From the NCBI RefSeq assembly GCF_964204645.1, contig NC_134029.1, positions 20,578,950-20,642,949 of the forward strand: a stretch of DNA of 64,000 bases, in the 5' to 3' direction. Shown here one piece after another: positions 28,901-42,110 of this stretch. Position numbers and translations under genes: made by a program. The notes under the pieces are model-generated. The model searched no databases and had not been told where the DNA came from. It saw only the letters and a list, made by a program, of their open reading frames with translations. How positions within the stretch are numbered: position 1 is the first letter of the stretch; each line of letters begins with the position of its first letter. The DNA comes from Tubulanus polymorphus (lineage: Eukaryota > Animalia > Nemertea).

Positions 28901-31900
28901 AGCCATCAGAATACACCAGATACAAAATCTTCTGAAGTCCCAGGCATCTTCGGGCTCTAGCCCTGAACCAATGAACCAATAGTGACTTCGGTGAATTAAA
29001 GCAATACAGCATTTTGTTGAATTTTTGTTAATAATTAGGCCCCTAATATACTACTCATCTTCAACAAAAAATAACTCGCTACCGTGACTACAAATATGAA
29101 TATACAGGTTCATAGGGGAAGTTAGGTCTATAATCAAATACTGCTTCATGCAAGCTTACATGCTGGAGTACTGTACATGTGAAAAACATAGGGCTACAGA
29201 CATCAGCAGAATATTTTCCAGAATAATGACTCCTGGAAAACCCAAGACACTTTCAGGAAAAGAGAGTACTTTCCTGAATATCATGGATACTTAACATTTA
29301 TGTTCCTAACAAATTGAAAGTTCTATTCTAATCGAAAATTGAGAGAGTTGTTCAAACCAGTTTTTTCTTTTCCGAATTCTGTTCACTTTGCTAGCAGGCT
29401 GATCTCGACACACATTGCCAGTTAAGATCTCACATTCTAATGTGACTATTTCAAAAATAATACATCCTTCCTGACAATCCGAGCAATTCCTTGCACGGTC
29501 ATTTTTCAATGCAAGTCGATTGTTTCCTGTCGACATTTTTATAAGGTTTACATTGTGATTTGCCATGCCAAAAGCGGTGATGAACAGCATTTGGTTGTGG
29601 GACAGAACCGTACTAACAGTACATACGACACAAAATATTGCAATTGTAGTAATGAATTAAGAATGTTTTGTTTGTGCTTGTGTATCTCTGTGAATCTATT
29701 TTGAGTTTAAGTCTTGATGATATCTGACTATAGCTGCTCTAGGTCTGAATGATATCGTAATTCAATACCTCAAAGGTTATAAAACATGGCTGAAACACAA
29801 CATTTACATTTCTGTCACATACATATGATGTTCCGGACAACTGTTTTGTCTATGAAAGCATCCGTGTAAAGATATCATGAGTTCAAATAATAAACAATCA
29901 AAGGTTTTCGTTTAAAATTATCACCAGATTAATTATCTCAATCATTCAAATCAAAGTAGCTTCAAGATACAATTTTGCTAGAAGCCACAAAAACCGGGCC
30001 CTGAAATAAGGGCATGAATACAGTCGCAATTCCTCAGTCTTTACCTGAGAGGAATAGAGGAATTTTGACTCAAATTTTGACATTAATAATTTGAATCAAA
30101 TTATCGCATAAAATTATAAAAAATTTCCAGATTTCGTACCGTGTATTTGTTCATAACTTCTTTCACAAAACCATATCTGCAATAGACAGCATCAATTTCG
30201 AAAAAGCGGACCTAGATATTGAAATCGAAAAGAAATTCGGATTTTGCGCTAGTGAATCAATTATACCCCCGGCGCATTTAGGGTCTTAATCATAAAAAAG
30301 TGCCTCTATATTGACTTACCTTAGATTCATAATATGATCCTCGTGGTTTCCGCGGTTCAAACACACTTCGTTAGGATGTAACAGAAAACAAGCAAACAGC
30401 ACGATCGCAACTTCCAACGAATTTTGACCCCGATCGACGAAGTCACCGTTGAATACGTAAGGATTGCTGACTGCAGGAAGACCATTCTAGAGAGGGAAGA
30501 AATATGACACATGAAAGAGTCGCAGGGGCGGATGATCTACACAGTCTCAATTTCCCTGCGCGCTCTCGAAAAACAACGGACATTTTTTCTGGGAATCTAG
30601 ATTTCTCTAAAATGTCATTCTTAGATAGCTGTTCTCGATGGCATCCCAAATATTTGTGAACTCATTATTCCTGAAGATAACTATCAGTGTTTAGTTTGTT
30701 TAGTTGAAACGTCATATCAATAATTTATTAGCTTTAAGGAAACTTTTTCGGACTTCATCTTAGAGTGGAATTCTCTATATATCAATCATTCTAGCAATTG
30801 CATTAAAATGCCCTAAAATTTAAAATTTTTTCGGACCGCATTGAGTGGATCCACTGATTGCCCATGGATCCTCCTTAAGGTTGGTTAAGTTTGACTTTTT
30901 CGTTCCTAAATATGACCTGACCACAAATTAAGGTTGCGCGTCATTCGCATCATTTTCGCTTACCTTATAAAATATGAGACAAAGATCCTCGAATTTACCG
31001 TGAAGATCGCCGCATACCGTGATTTGTCCGGCTATGGAAGTCGAGGCGTGGTTAACTGTACCGCATTTGCGTAACGCTTTACGGGTTTCATGCAATAGCT
31101 CGAGCACGTAATGAGCGTGTAATTTCTGAAAAATTCGATATTCACAATTAATAATAATAATAATTGACATTCATATAGCGCAGGTATCCGAACTAGAGTC
31201 TGTTCAAATGCGCTCCAAACTTGGTATTATTACCCCCAGCCTATAACTCCATTCCATGTATCAGTCATCTCTCCCTGGGGAGAGGTAACATCCGAGCAGC
31301 TGCTAGGCGCTCAGGAGTCATCTATCAGACCAGGTCCCCATTTACTCCTGGGTGGAGAGAGGCAATGAGGATAAGTGTCTTGGCGAGGACACTACGGTAA
31401 TGTACGGGGTTTGAACCCACGACCCAGAGCCGAACGCTCTATCCGCTCGGCCACACCGCTCCACAAATTAACGCTGCATCAATTAATCAATCGCGCTAAT
31501 CTATTGATTTAATCATCTTAATACCGATCGATCATTCGTTCACGTCAATTATTCTATTAAATCGATCGCGGAAACGCGATGTCGATCGATCAATATTTTT
31601 AAAGCTTCGCTCTTCTAACGATGATCACACAGTTATCTTCTCCAGCGATCGATTTGAAAAAACCAACAAAATACAAAAACATTCGCTCGGTTTATGGATC
31701 TTAGAGCTGTTATTTCGAGGAGAGAAATTCTTGTCGTAGATATACATGTCCTTCTATATTTACTCGGTATTCATTCGACATTATCATTTCACACTTACAA
31801 CGAAATATTTCTAATAATTCTTCATAAAATTTCAATGTTTTCTCCTAAAATCAATTGTATTCGAGTTTCGAATGCTATTCCAATAAATCTTCAGAAATCG

Positions 31901-34900
31901 TCTAACATTAATTTATTCAAGCGCAATTTGAAAAGGCATGTACTAGGATCGTACCAGTTGCTATTCTTAACTTATCATCATTACATGTCCATTTCTCGAT
32001 TACCGATAACATCCCATCCAATTCTCATTCCGCCCGGGCATTAGGCTTTTTTATTAAAAGTATACCCCCCCTTGGAGTCCCTTTTTGTCATTTTTCTTTA
32101 CTATGCTTTACAATATAGAAGTACTTTCTCAAACTATTTCTTTCATGCAATAGTGATGACTCAAAGAAATAAACTTATAGTAAATAAATAGAAATATGTA
32201 AATATTTTAGTCATCAGATTTTACGTCTAACCTACCTGTTTATTTCTAAATGCATCGATTAACATTTCAATTTGAGCAGATGATAAAGGGAACGTCAAGT
32301 GAGGTCCTCTATACGATGATTCGATTTTGATGTGACTGGGATCTGTAGCGGCGAGTAGGTCTTCATCTTCCACATCGAGACTCGGGCCTCCTTTAAAACC
32401 GATAAAAGGGAAAACATTATTGTATTCGATTGTGGTCATTATAGATTGATTCATCATATGTAAATACTTTTCAGTTTTTATGCAAAAAGAATTTTTTCTT
32501 ACGTGTTTTCGATAGTCTCTGGCCGAGGGCAGACGCCAATGATCCGAATTCTTTCTGCAACTGGTCTGTATTGACGTGGACCAATAAATCATTGAAGAAG
32601 TTATATAACTAAAAAGAAAGAATCAGTCAAAATCTACTTCATCCCAAGAAATATTATATATTGTTTAAAAAAGAATCTTCAATGTCAATTTCAGGACACT
32701 GTATTCAACTAGAAATAGAAAAACTAACAAATAGCAGACATTAGAAAATAAACAGTTTTTGTTCATAATCTTCCTGCAATGGTGGTATGAAATTAACACC
32801 ATATTCAATCAATATATGTTAATGAGCTTAGAAAACTAGTAATAGAAGACAAGAAAGCTGGAAAGATTGCACAACAGATTGAACGAAGCAAAAAACATGT
32901 GATATTGACAGATTTTTAAAACATGACCCGGTTTCTCAAAACGATTGGTTTCGCAAAATCGACTCAAGAATGAGAATCAACCAGGTGTGGAATCAGACGG
33001 TAGCCACGTGTGTTACTGTTGCAAAAAATTCCGTGCCCTTTTTCTTCATCATCACAGTGAAAAGGCCACATTTAGTCGTCTCTATCATTCCCAAAAGTAG
33101 AAAAGGGCACATTTCTACAAGATGGGGCTGATAATTTTCAAATGAAGGTACATCGTCCTTCGGGATTTCAACTTAATTGCCTGGAAACTTCAAACTTCAT
33201 TCATTCGTTGTTTGGAAATTGCACCAAAATCAGTAAACTATCAAAATTTGATGACCCCAGACCCTCCTTGTTTGTTATGGATTATGCCCTTTTTATAAGT
33301 TGCGCAACCCTCAACAGTTGTCCCTGGATCGGTCTCTGTTAACTTTGAGAAACTGATACCAGATTTCAAACTCAGTTTTCTTTACAACCTTGAGATGGTC
33401 TTGTTCCCCTTCATATTCGATAGATTGATAAATGCTCCACGAACACCGGCGTCGAGCTTCCAATCTGGCCATATAACGACGATACCAGTTCTGTATGAGT
33501 ATAGCCGCCTTGATCGCTGCAAAAAATACGACAACGACGAAATCATTGAAAACATCGTAATAATTACTCTTTTTCTCACAATGCATATCTAGCTTTTCAC
33601 AAAGAATATTAAATTGAGAATAAGTCAGTTACATGACCCTAATTTTCACGAGTGATAAATCAGTAAAATCCATGCAATTCAGTAATTCAGACAAGATAAA
33701 CTCATGTTTCAGCGTTCACGTTCGGAGATGTGCAATCTATAGACGTACAATAATTTCTGGTATCATATTGATGCGAATATGATGGTGCTGGTCTTTGATT
33801 TATGGTTATCTCGTGTGTCTGTGAGTTTTGTCGAGTTTCCGGGATACTTTGATATTTGATTCGACGCGAACGCGACATAATGGCATTTTACAATCGGAAA
33901 TTACCGATATTCGTAACAATGGATGCAGCTACGTATTCCGCGATATCTAAACATGCAGTGAAGATAATACAAACAGGCAATAACTCAAATGGAACTGATA
34001 CACTCGATTCTGAAACAATAGCCGCGATCACACGAGCATTTTTGGCCTCCCCCCCCCCCCCGGAACAACTGTTCACACCCATGACAAATGGGGCAAAATG
34101 ACAAGCTCACTTCGCATTTTTTAAATATTGTTTAGTATCGAGTGAATGGTTTACGTGTGAACACGCTCTCTACTTAGGCACGGGCTTAGTAAAGCTGCGA
34201 TCGCACGAGCATTTTTGGCCCGTGCCAAATTTGGCCCGGAACAACTGTTCACATGGGTGCCAAATGGGCCCGAGCTTGTTTGGCCCCACCAAAAACGTCG
34301 GACCAGGCCCGAGGCAAATTTTAGCTCCAGACAAATGATTGCGTTTGAATTGCAACTGGCATTGTTTAGTATCGAGTGAATGGTTTGCGTGTGAACGCGC
34401 TCTCTTCCCCGAGCCTGATCCTACCAATTTGGCCCAGGCCAAATCGTTGACTCAGGTCTGATCTGGGCCAATTTGGCCAGGGCCAAATCATTGCCGTGTG
34501 ATCGTGGCAACTTCAATAGCTTTAGAGTATGAAATGGTGGATTCCTCGTGCCTAGACATTCTGTATTCTATAACAGTGATTTCTGATTAGGAATGACCTT
34601 TAGCTGAATCCTGAACTTTACAACTATCATGCACCAACCACAAATGAATGATATTACACGATGGACGTATAATCTAGTTTATACGTCCATGATTATACCA
34701 AGGTATATATTTATATACATTGATATATCTTTAATGCCCTGAGAGAAATTGGATTATACATGGCTCTCACTATGGAATCATGAGTTCGATCGAAGTATGA
34801 TTATTTAGAGTCCATGATCGACATCAAGTCAGTTCTAAACCCTGGGCCCTGTCAGCGAAAGGTTTTTATTCAGAATTAAATCAATGCAGGAGTTAAACTC

Positions 34901-37728
34901 CATAAAATGATAATGGGCCGTGGAAACGCATAGCAGAAAACATTGAGAAATATGAATGTCTTTCTCATCTTGAGCAAGATAAAAAAAACCTTGCTATTTT
35001 GAATACACTTAGTAAGAATATTTTGAAATCAGCTACGTGCATCCAGGAATTCATCATGTGGGAACTATATCATCTTTGATGAATTCGATTCTAGAATTTT
35101 CTACAGGTATTTGGTATTTCTTCTACAGTCTAAGACCGGGTGATCGTGTAGATACTATCAGACACGCTACAATCGTATGTCTGAGAGCTTCTTATGAAAT
35201 ATAATAAACCTAAAAAGGGAGATCTCCATCTCGATTGCGATGATTCCGAAGGTGTCGCGCTCATCTTACAGCTGTAACAAAACAAATGATTTCAAAATGT
35301 AACTTAAATAGATTGATTCCACTGATAACAATTTCACCTTGGATTTAGTATACAAACCAAAACCATACAACCAGGCATGCACATTTTCAGGCAACACCAC
35401 TTCACAAATGGGCAGTCTTGGGTCATACCTCAGAAACTCTTAAAAAGTTGGTCCTTTTGGATGGCATTTCTTGCATTTAAAACATAAATATCGGTATTAT
35501 TCTTTACATTCTCTCAATGCTTTTTTTTAACAACATTCGATTGAAAAAATTAAGGACCAGAAATTTCCCCGTATTCAGATTATGAATCATTTCATCAGGG
35601 TCCAGTTCCACAGTTCTGAGTTAAGATTTGACCCTGGGTTAAAACATTGAAAATGAACTAACTTTAACTCAGAGTTAACTCTAACTCACAACTGTGGAAC
35701 TGGGTCCAGTTCTTTCATGGATGAAATGTTCTTATTGAGTCATCGCAACAATTTATTCAGAACCAGTTAATCATTTGATTTTTTTCTTATTATAACATTT
35801 CATACACCTCAGAAGTCTGAAAGTTTGTAGTCTTCCACACTGATTCAAGAAGCACTTCATCGGTGAATCCTTGTAAATACGTGTAGAAAGCAGGATCCAG
35901 TTCCATACTGGCAATCGTTTTTTGTCGTTGTTGCTAAAATTAGTTCATTTCAAATCGATTTTAACTCGAAGAGTGAAGATTATTTTGACGCAAGCGAATG
36001 TTTTATAAATCTGGAAGAACAGTTCCCCAGACCAGACAGACATCACAGATAAATCTAAATGCAGAAAAAAACAACCATGCACAAGAAATGACACGGTCTA
36101 ACGAAGACACAATTAGGGATATCAAAGAACCTAAGAATAAAAAATCTAGAAATATGAATAGAAAATAAAAAGGAGTCAATACATCTTCATATATAGATAC
36201 GTAAATGCCAAAACAGATTGGTATGAGGTTCGATTGATGATTTGACTTCAAAGCCATCTTTATCATTCTAAGATCAATTTCAATCATGGATTGGTTGAAG
36301 CCGCTGGGAAATGTTCTTCTCGGTGCGAAAGTTGAAAAAACCACAAGGAAAAGTGGTGGCATAGAAAAATATAGCACGAGGTATTTTTTTCCATCCAAAC
36401 CAATACATTTCGAGCTTTCATAATTTCAATTTCGAATATCATGGAAAATGAATTTCTCCCAGACTGAGCTTAACAGGGTTAACGTGTTCCTGCAGATGCT
36501 TGATTACAGAATTTCAATGCACCACGCAAGCGATATACGGCGTGAAAAATGCCTTCAGTTCTGCAAGATTCCATTAGTGTTTTCTTTTTCCAGTGGATTA
36601 TTTCAACACTCGGTATCACCATTTTCAGATGGTAAGCCGCGTATACTGGGATTTTACAAGTACACGTTTCGAGCAATTGGATCACAGGGGCGCGTATTTG
36701 AAGTTTGGGGGTAAACTGTAGCTTAGATCATCCAGTATCCCAGGTACTTTTCTTTTTATATATATATAGTACCAGGGGTACTAGATGATCTAAGCTACAG
36801 TTCACCCCGAAACTTCAAAAACGAGCCCCTGTGAATTGGATGCCTCGGTGTCGCAAAAAAAACGGTGACCAATCTGTTTTGGCTGAACTCATAACTTACA
36901 AGGTTGAAAGTTTGATGAACTTCTCGCTGTGGATTTTTTATATTCGACTACAGTAGAAATAAGCATAAACAGAGGCGATTTATTTTTTACGAATTAAAGA
37001 TTCCGAAATTTCAGTTGAAATAAAACAGTTCGTAAAAAGCAATTTAAGCTTGTATAGAAGCAATAGTGATCATAAAATAATCTTGGAGTTTCAATGATTA
37101 CTCCAAGATATAACGATATATATGATCACTATATGTGTGACTACGAAGTGTGAGTTTTTAGATCGCCTTCCATCATAATCGTAAAAACATGGGGAACTAT
37201 ACAGCTGTGTCGCATACAAATGAATTGTAAACATGTGTCGGCGATAATTGTAATTATGCGGGAATAGGGTGATCAATATCGACAGATAGTCTAATCTTGA
37301 GCCGATGAAGTATTTTACAGATAATCATTCTCGGATTCATGGATGGAAATTTTTTCAAGGAAAAGCTATCAAATACTTATTTCTTTAGCGATGGCATTTT
37401 TGAAAGTTGATGCTTTTTTACACGCGGACGATGCTAATAGTCTTCTTCCCGGAAAATTTTCAAAATTATTTTTCATTAAATTTAGCAAATCTTTGATTGA
37501 TAAGTGGTTGGACCATCCTCCCTCGACGGGAATTCGAAGCCAATGGCATCGATAGACTCAGCCAAGGCACGGAGTCCAGCAACCTCATCTAGTTCTAATC
37601 CCTGCCCAGCGAGGATGATTCCCGACGAGCTATAAGGGCAAAATTTGTAATTAGTAAATTGGGTAAAACTCACCACTGTCCGACTTCCTAAGTTCATTTC
37701 TTCCGAGGAATGATGTTCCACATCCCAT
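25944..37728 (-). CDS. PPEF2: Serine/threonine protein phosphatase with EF-hands (PPEF/rdgC family), about 15 coding exons
   Basis: First coding exon [18 protein letters not shown] (37728-37674) splices in phase to the IQ-motif exon [15 protein letters not shown]; PPP motifs [40 protein letters not shown]; C-terminal EF-hands DKDNSG and [17 protein letters not shown]1 versus PPEF2 orthology cannot be resolved. Confidence 0.92.
31148..31464 (-). mobile_element. tRNA-derived SINE in a PPEF intron
   Basis: Minus strand: A box tggccgagcgg, B box ggttcaaacc, central gtgtcc..caagacactt..ctctccacccaggagtaaatggg domain, 3' gcgctatatgaat followed by an (att)n tail. Confidence 0.85.
34021..34508. mobile_element. 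MITE family B (gccgcgatcacacg ends): a truncated copy followed by a full copy
   Basis: gccgcgatcacacgagcatttttggcc at 34021 and a variant at 34193; closing cgtgtgatcgtggc; internal ttggccc/gggccaaa repeats shared with the copies at 39653 and 41819. Confidence 0.75.
35598..35707. mobile_element. MITE family C, copy 1
   Basis: ccagttccacagtt ... aactgtggaactgg TIRs and internal gagttaactc; related copy at 47212-47298. Confidence 0.75.
36683..36833. mobile_element. 151-bp foldback element with an 8-bp TSD (hAT-like)
   Basis: Arms of about 65 bp are near-perfect inverted repeats (cacagggg...gtact / agtac...cccctgtg); aattggat on both flanks. Confidence 0.85.
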
Positions 37729-39652
37729 ACTGTCACGAGTCTAATCCTGTCGCCTCATAATCACTGTCCGCAGTTTCAAATAATCTACAATTGAAAATTT
37801 AAAATAACTGCACTGAATATGCAAAGACAAACCGCAACTTCAAAATACGAATCATTGAATGCAAACTCGAACTAGAGCCAAACCAACGACGTACTCGGTT
37901 TATTTTTGCAGGTAACATACCCGTACTCACATGTATGTCAACTCAATACGTATTCATGTATTGTGTATCGATTACTATGTTTTTTATGTATTGTAACGCG
38001 CGAATTGACGTACAATAGTCCCGTACACTCCGACATGGAGACTAGATAATAAGTTTAAAACTCGCTATATACAAAGTTTAAAAAATTCAAAGCCAGTTTT
38101 ATTTGTCAAAAATCAAAAGACGCGACGTTTCGAATTTGCGCTGAAGATCATCGTCAGGTGTGATCTGACAATAATCTCTAGTGAGAGTTTCGAGCGTTGT
38201 ATCTTTTAATTTTTGACGGATGAATTTGCTTTTAAACTTTTTAAACTATGTATATAGTAGGTTTCAAACTTACTTGAATTGTCATTTGTAATAAACCCCA
38301 ACTAGAATAATACCCGTGGAAACCAAAGTTCTGGGCCAAAGGAAACCACTGGTGATTTCCTTTGGCCCAGAACTTCAAACTGATTAATTTATCGGCGATA
38401 GTTTTGCGAATAAAGTAAAGCAAAGTTCGATGAGGATCTTTTGTAATAAGAACAACAATTTTTCAAATGAAGTTTTAAGTACGATAAAGTTCAAAATGAC
38501 AATACCTAAAAAAAACCGTGCCAAGCATATTTAGTGTATGACACAAGTAACAACCTCAAGAGGAAATCCCTAAAATGGCCCCAAATGAGCTGCCTCACTA
38601 TAAATGCACTTTATGCTATACTTATATATAAATACCAGTGATAAAGATAGGGATGCATTCAGTGTGTATGGCTAGTGATGATAAGTTCTTAGAGATGTAA
38701 AGTAATTAAGAGGAAATATGAGAAATAAGTCAGTGTAGTGAATCTATTCATGCGTAAGCACTTTATGATTACTGAGGCACATAAATCTACAGAACGCATA
38801 TAGGTCTTAGATCTTGGATTGGAAACTGGCCGTCTGCAAATAAAAGGAATCTAGATGCTGAATTATCCAGGGTTCGGGAGTATACAGTACCTTCCCCACC
38901 CATATATTCATTAATACTAGACAAATTAATTCCATCTTTTTGTATAGATTAACAGAATGCTTTTCATATACCTTTCACTTTTTGCCGGGTGGCCACTTTT
39001 ATTTGGCTTGCTTTAACCCCGACTTTTCCTTGTCATGAACGTTGTTATCCCTGATTTGATCTGGTAAGAATTCAATCGATCAACGCAGTCAAATACGTAA
39101 AACATAGATTAAAACGATTTTACGTACCATCTAGCGTCATGTCAACAAATCATCCTGGACCTTTACCCGATCTTTAGCTTCTTTTTTTTACAAAATTGTC
39201 TGTGGCCACCCTTCATTTCAAAGATAACATGGATTTTAATTTTTTATTCATTCTCCCTACATACATTACATAATTAAAACCAGTAAATTCAGTTGTGGCA
39301 GATCCATAATGAAAGTTAAGGCAGCACTCCCACTTGCTAACGCGTGCACTCTCTACACCCCTCTGGTACTCCAAATATACAAATTATCACCTCTATAGGA
39401 TTGCCTTAAGGTGGATCTGCATGCTAAGACTTCCAGGGCTTCCTCAAATTATCACCACAGCCTGTTATATGTACGCAACATCTGTGCTTATAGTCGATGT
39501 AACATCTGAATATCCTTTTGTGTGATTATGCATGAAATACAAATTCGCTACTGAATAATGTCCAGAAGTAATATGTCTTCATTTCTAATTCCCCTATATT
39601 GGTGACTCCATGTTCTCTAGACCCAAAAGACCTTGATACTCAAAAATTCATA

Positions 39653-39885
39653 AGCCGCGATCATACGAGTATTTTTGCCCGCGCCAAATTTGGCCCCACC
39701 GAAAATGTCAGACCAGGCCCGAGCAAAAATTGCAACTGGTTCAGGAAATGACTCACTTCACTTTGTTTGAGCATTTTTAAGTATCGAGAGGTTTGTGTGT
39801 GAGCGCGCTCTCTAATTAGACACAGGCCAAACTTGACTCGGGCATGGTCCATACTAATTTGGCTAGGGTCCACATTTTCGCGGCT
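39653..39885. mobile_element. MITE family B copy
   Basis: agccgcgatcatacgag ... tcgcggct; internal similarity to 34193-34508. Confidence 0.7.
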
Positions 39886-40449
39886 GTAACTGACACCATC
39901 TTGGATCTAAGGCCCGATATTTAATAAAAGCCATCTCCCGTTGCGATGCCTGGTAACTGGTTACAGCTCTTAAGGATAATTACTCCTTCGCTTTATACAT
40001 ATTCTCTCGACTTCGCTTTTCATTCACTGTTATAAGATTAGCCTCTAAACATCTATCTATATCAGGAGTGACACGCAAAATAGTCATTAACAGCAACAGC
40101 GACGGTTTTGCCCGTTGGTCAGTCGTGTTCCAGCGCCGACGCTAATTACATATCATTTTTCACGAATGCCCGACAAGACAGACACGAACCCAGGCAAAAT
40201 AATGCAAATTACGCATTACCGGTAATCTAAAAGGGATTTGTTACCATCTCGCATGAGAATGACAACGTTTGATATCGTTTAATCGTCGAAGAATTAAACC
40301 GGTTAAACAGCTCGTTTCGAAATATTAGATCTGACAACGCCGGGAAAAGTGGTTTCATTCGAACCTGTGCCTTCCAACGAGTCACGCTAATCGCGATATT
40401 TCCGCACACGGCGAACGTGACTTTAAAGTATTCAATCAACACAAATGAA

Positions 40450-40450
<1 letters not shown>

Positions 40451-40520
<70 letters not shown>
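40451..40520. repeat. (TA)n microsatellite, 35 units
   Basis: Uninterrupted TA run. Confidence 0.98.
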
Positions 40521-40522
<2 letters not shown>

Positions 40523-40749
40523 GTCAGGAAATTAGAATGAATCGAAGAAGGAAGACTTTATTAACCGAGCTACAAACAGACAGCGGCAGCGGCTTCCAAA
40601 GCTCTACGTGAGCAGTGATCAAAGAATGAACGATGTCCACAAGGTAACGATGAGGTGATATGCACATTACGCAATCTAATAATTCGGTAATTAATTACAC
40701 TGTAATTAATGTAATTTATCTTCATATATGAAGATTAATTCTTCTCCCC

Positions 40750-40903
40750 CAGTCAGTAACCTGTCTGTGATCTAGTTTCACGATAGGATATTTTCATAAA
40801 CCACGTATACTGTCGGTATAAGCCCATCCGATTATAAAAGCTTACCACCAACGATTAGGTAACCTTGGAGTTCCGTCGGATAACTCCAAGAGGTAACTTA
40901 CTA
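40750..40903 (+). mobile_element. MITE family A, copy 2, carrying a nested 27-bp palindrome
   Basis: Same body as 3797-3912; flanks cttctcccc / ctcctcacc (7 of 9); insertion at 40864-40890. Confidence 0.8.
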
Positions 40904-41818
40904 CTCCTCACCGACCTCGCAGTATCAGCTACCTGTACCTCGGAGTTGAGTTCGCATCGGTTGAAGACTAATAGCTTTTTGCCGAAGTAGACCCAGATGC
41001 GGAAAAAGTGTCATTCAGCCCACAGCACGGCGAGATCAAAGCGCGGAAAGAGCCAAACGAGCCCGAGAGGAAGAACGTGAAAAAAGACAAGTGATCCGCA
41101 ACACCGTTGAAATAAGGAGATTTCTCGGAACGTAATACACTTATCTCGTGTATTCGCTTCTGGAAAAATACCGATAAAAAAGGTAATAACCGTAAACGGA
41201 CGAACGGTTCACTACGACGCGATGTGATGGATTCCATGCTTTAGAAATAACTGTTCACTGACTCTAAAGTGGACTCTAAAGTCCATGCTGAAATCAAGTT
41301 TAGATGAACAAAAAATGCTCGACCCCCGATAATTAGTTTAATGAAAGAAAGTTATAAATACTTGCTATGACATTTTCCCCGAATATACAGTTAGTTTATG
41401 CGCAAATAATCGTCATAACCATCGCATATCATAAACTGAAACCCAGTTGGTTTATCGATAGTTGCAGCTCAATCAAATTCAATCAAAATATCAATTGACA
41501 ACTATTGAACGAGGCGCAAATTATACCTCCAACACGACTATTCTATAGCACTGATTAGAACAACTTTTTCTAGTCAATAGCATTTACTGATTTGGTATCA
41601 GTAGAAATGGAGATTGAGAACTCTTAGATTCCTAAATCACATGAATTCAATGTCCATTAAACCTCGCCTAACTTGGAACAAACTGGGACCAGCAAAATAA
41701 GTCTGATGATTTAAACAAGTCCAGTTGAAGGATTGAAAAATACAATACTTCACTCTTATTAACTGAAATAATAATTGACAACTGTAGAATCGGCCACAAA
41801 TGATATCTTAAAATCTAT

Positions 41819-42110
41819 AGCCGCGGGAAGACGATTTGGCCCGGGCCAAATTGGCACGGATCGGGCAAGGGCCAAATCTTACACGCAAACCATTCACTCG
41901 ATACTAAACAATGCTTAAACAAAGCGAAGTGGATCATTTCCCGTACCGGTTGCAATTCAAACGCAATCATTTGTCTCGTGCTAGAATTTGGCTCGGGTCT
42001 GGTCCGACGTTTTTGGTCGGGCCAAACACGCTCGGGCCAAACACATCTGCGCGAACAGTTGTCCTGGTTCAAATTTGGCCTGCGCCAAAAACGCTTGTGT
42101 GATCGCGGCT
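41819..42110. mobile_element. MITE family B copy (opposite orientation)
   Basis: agccgcg ... gtgtgatcgcggct; the interior is the reverse complement of 34193-34508. Confidence 0.75.

Noticed and set aside
35808-35906. Possible alternative PPEF first exon [14 protein letters not shown]...
   Set aside because: Available donor sites are not in the phase needed to join the IQ exon.
40968-41237. 89-aa minus-strand ORF
   Set aside because: No homology signal; more likely a GC-rich non-coding exon or promoter region.
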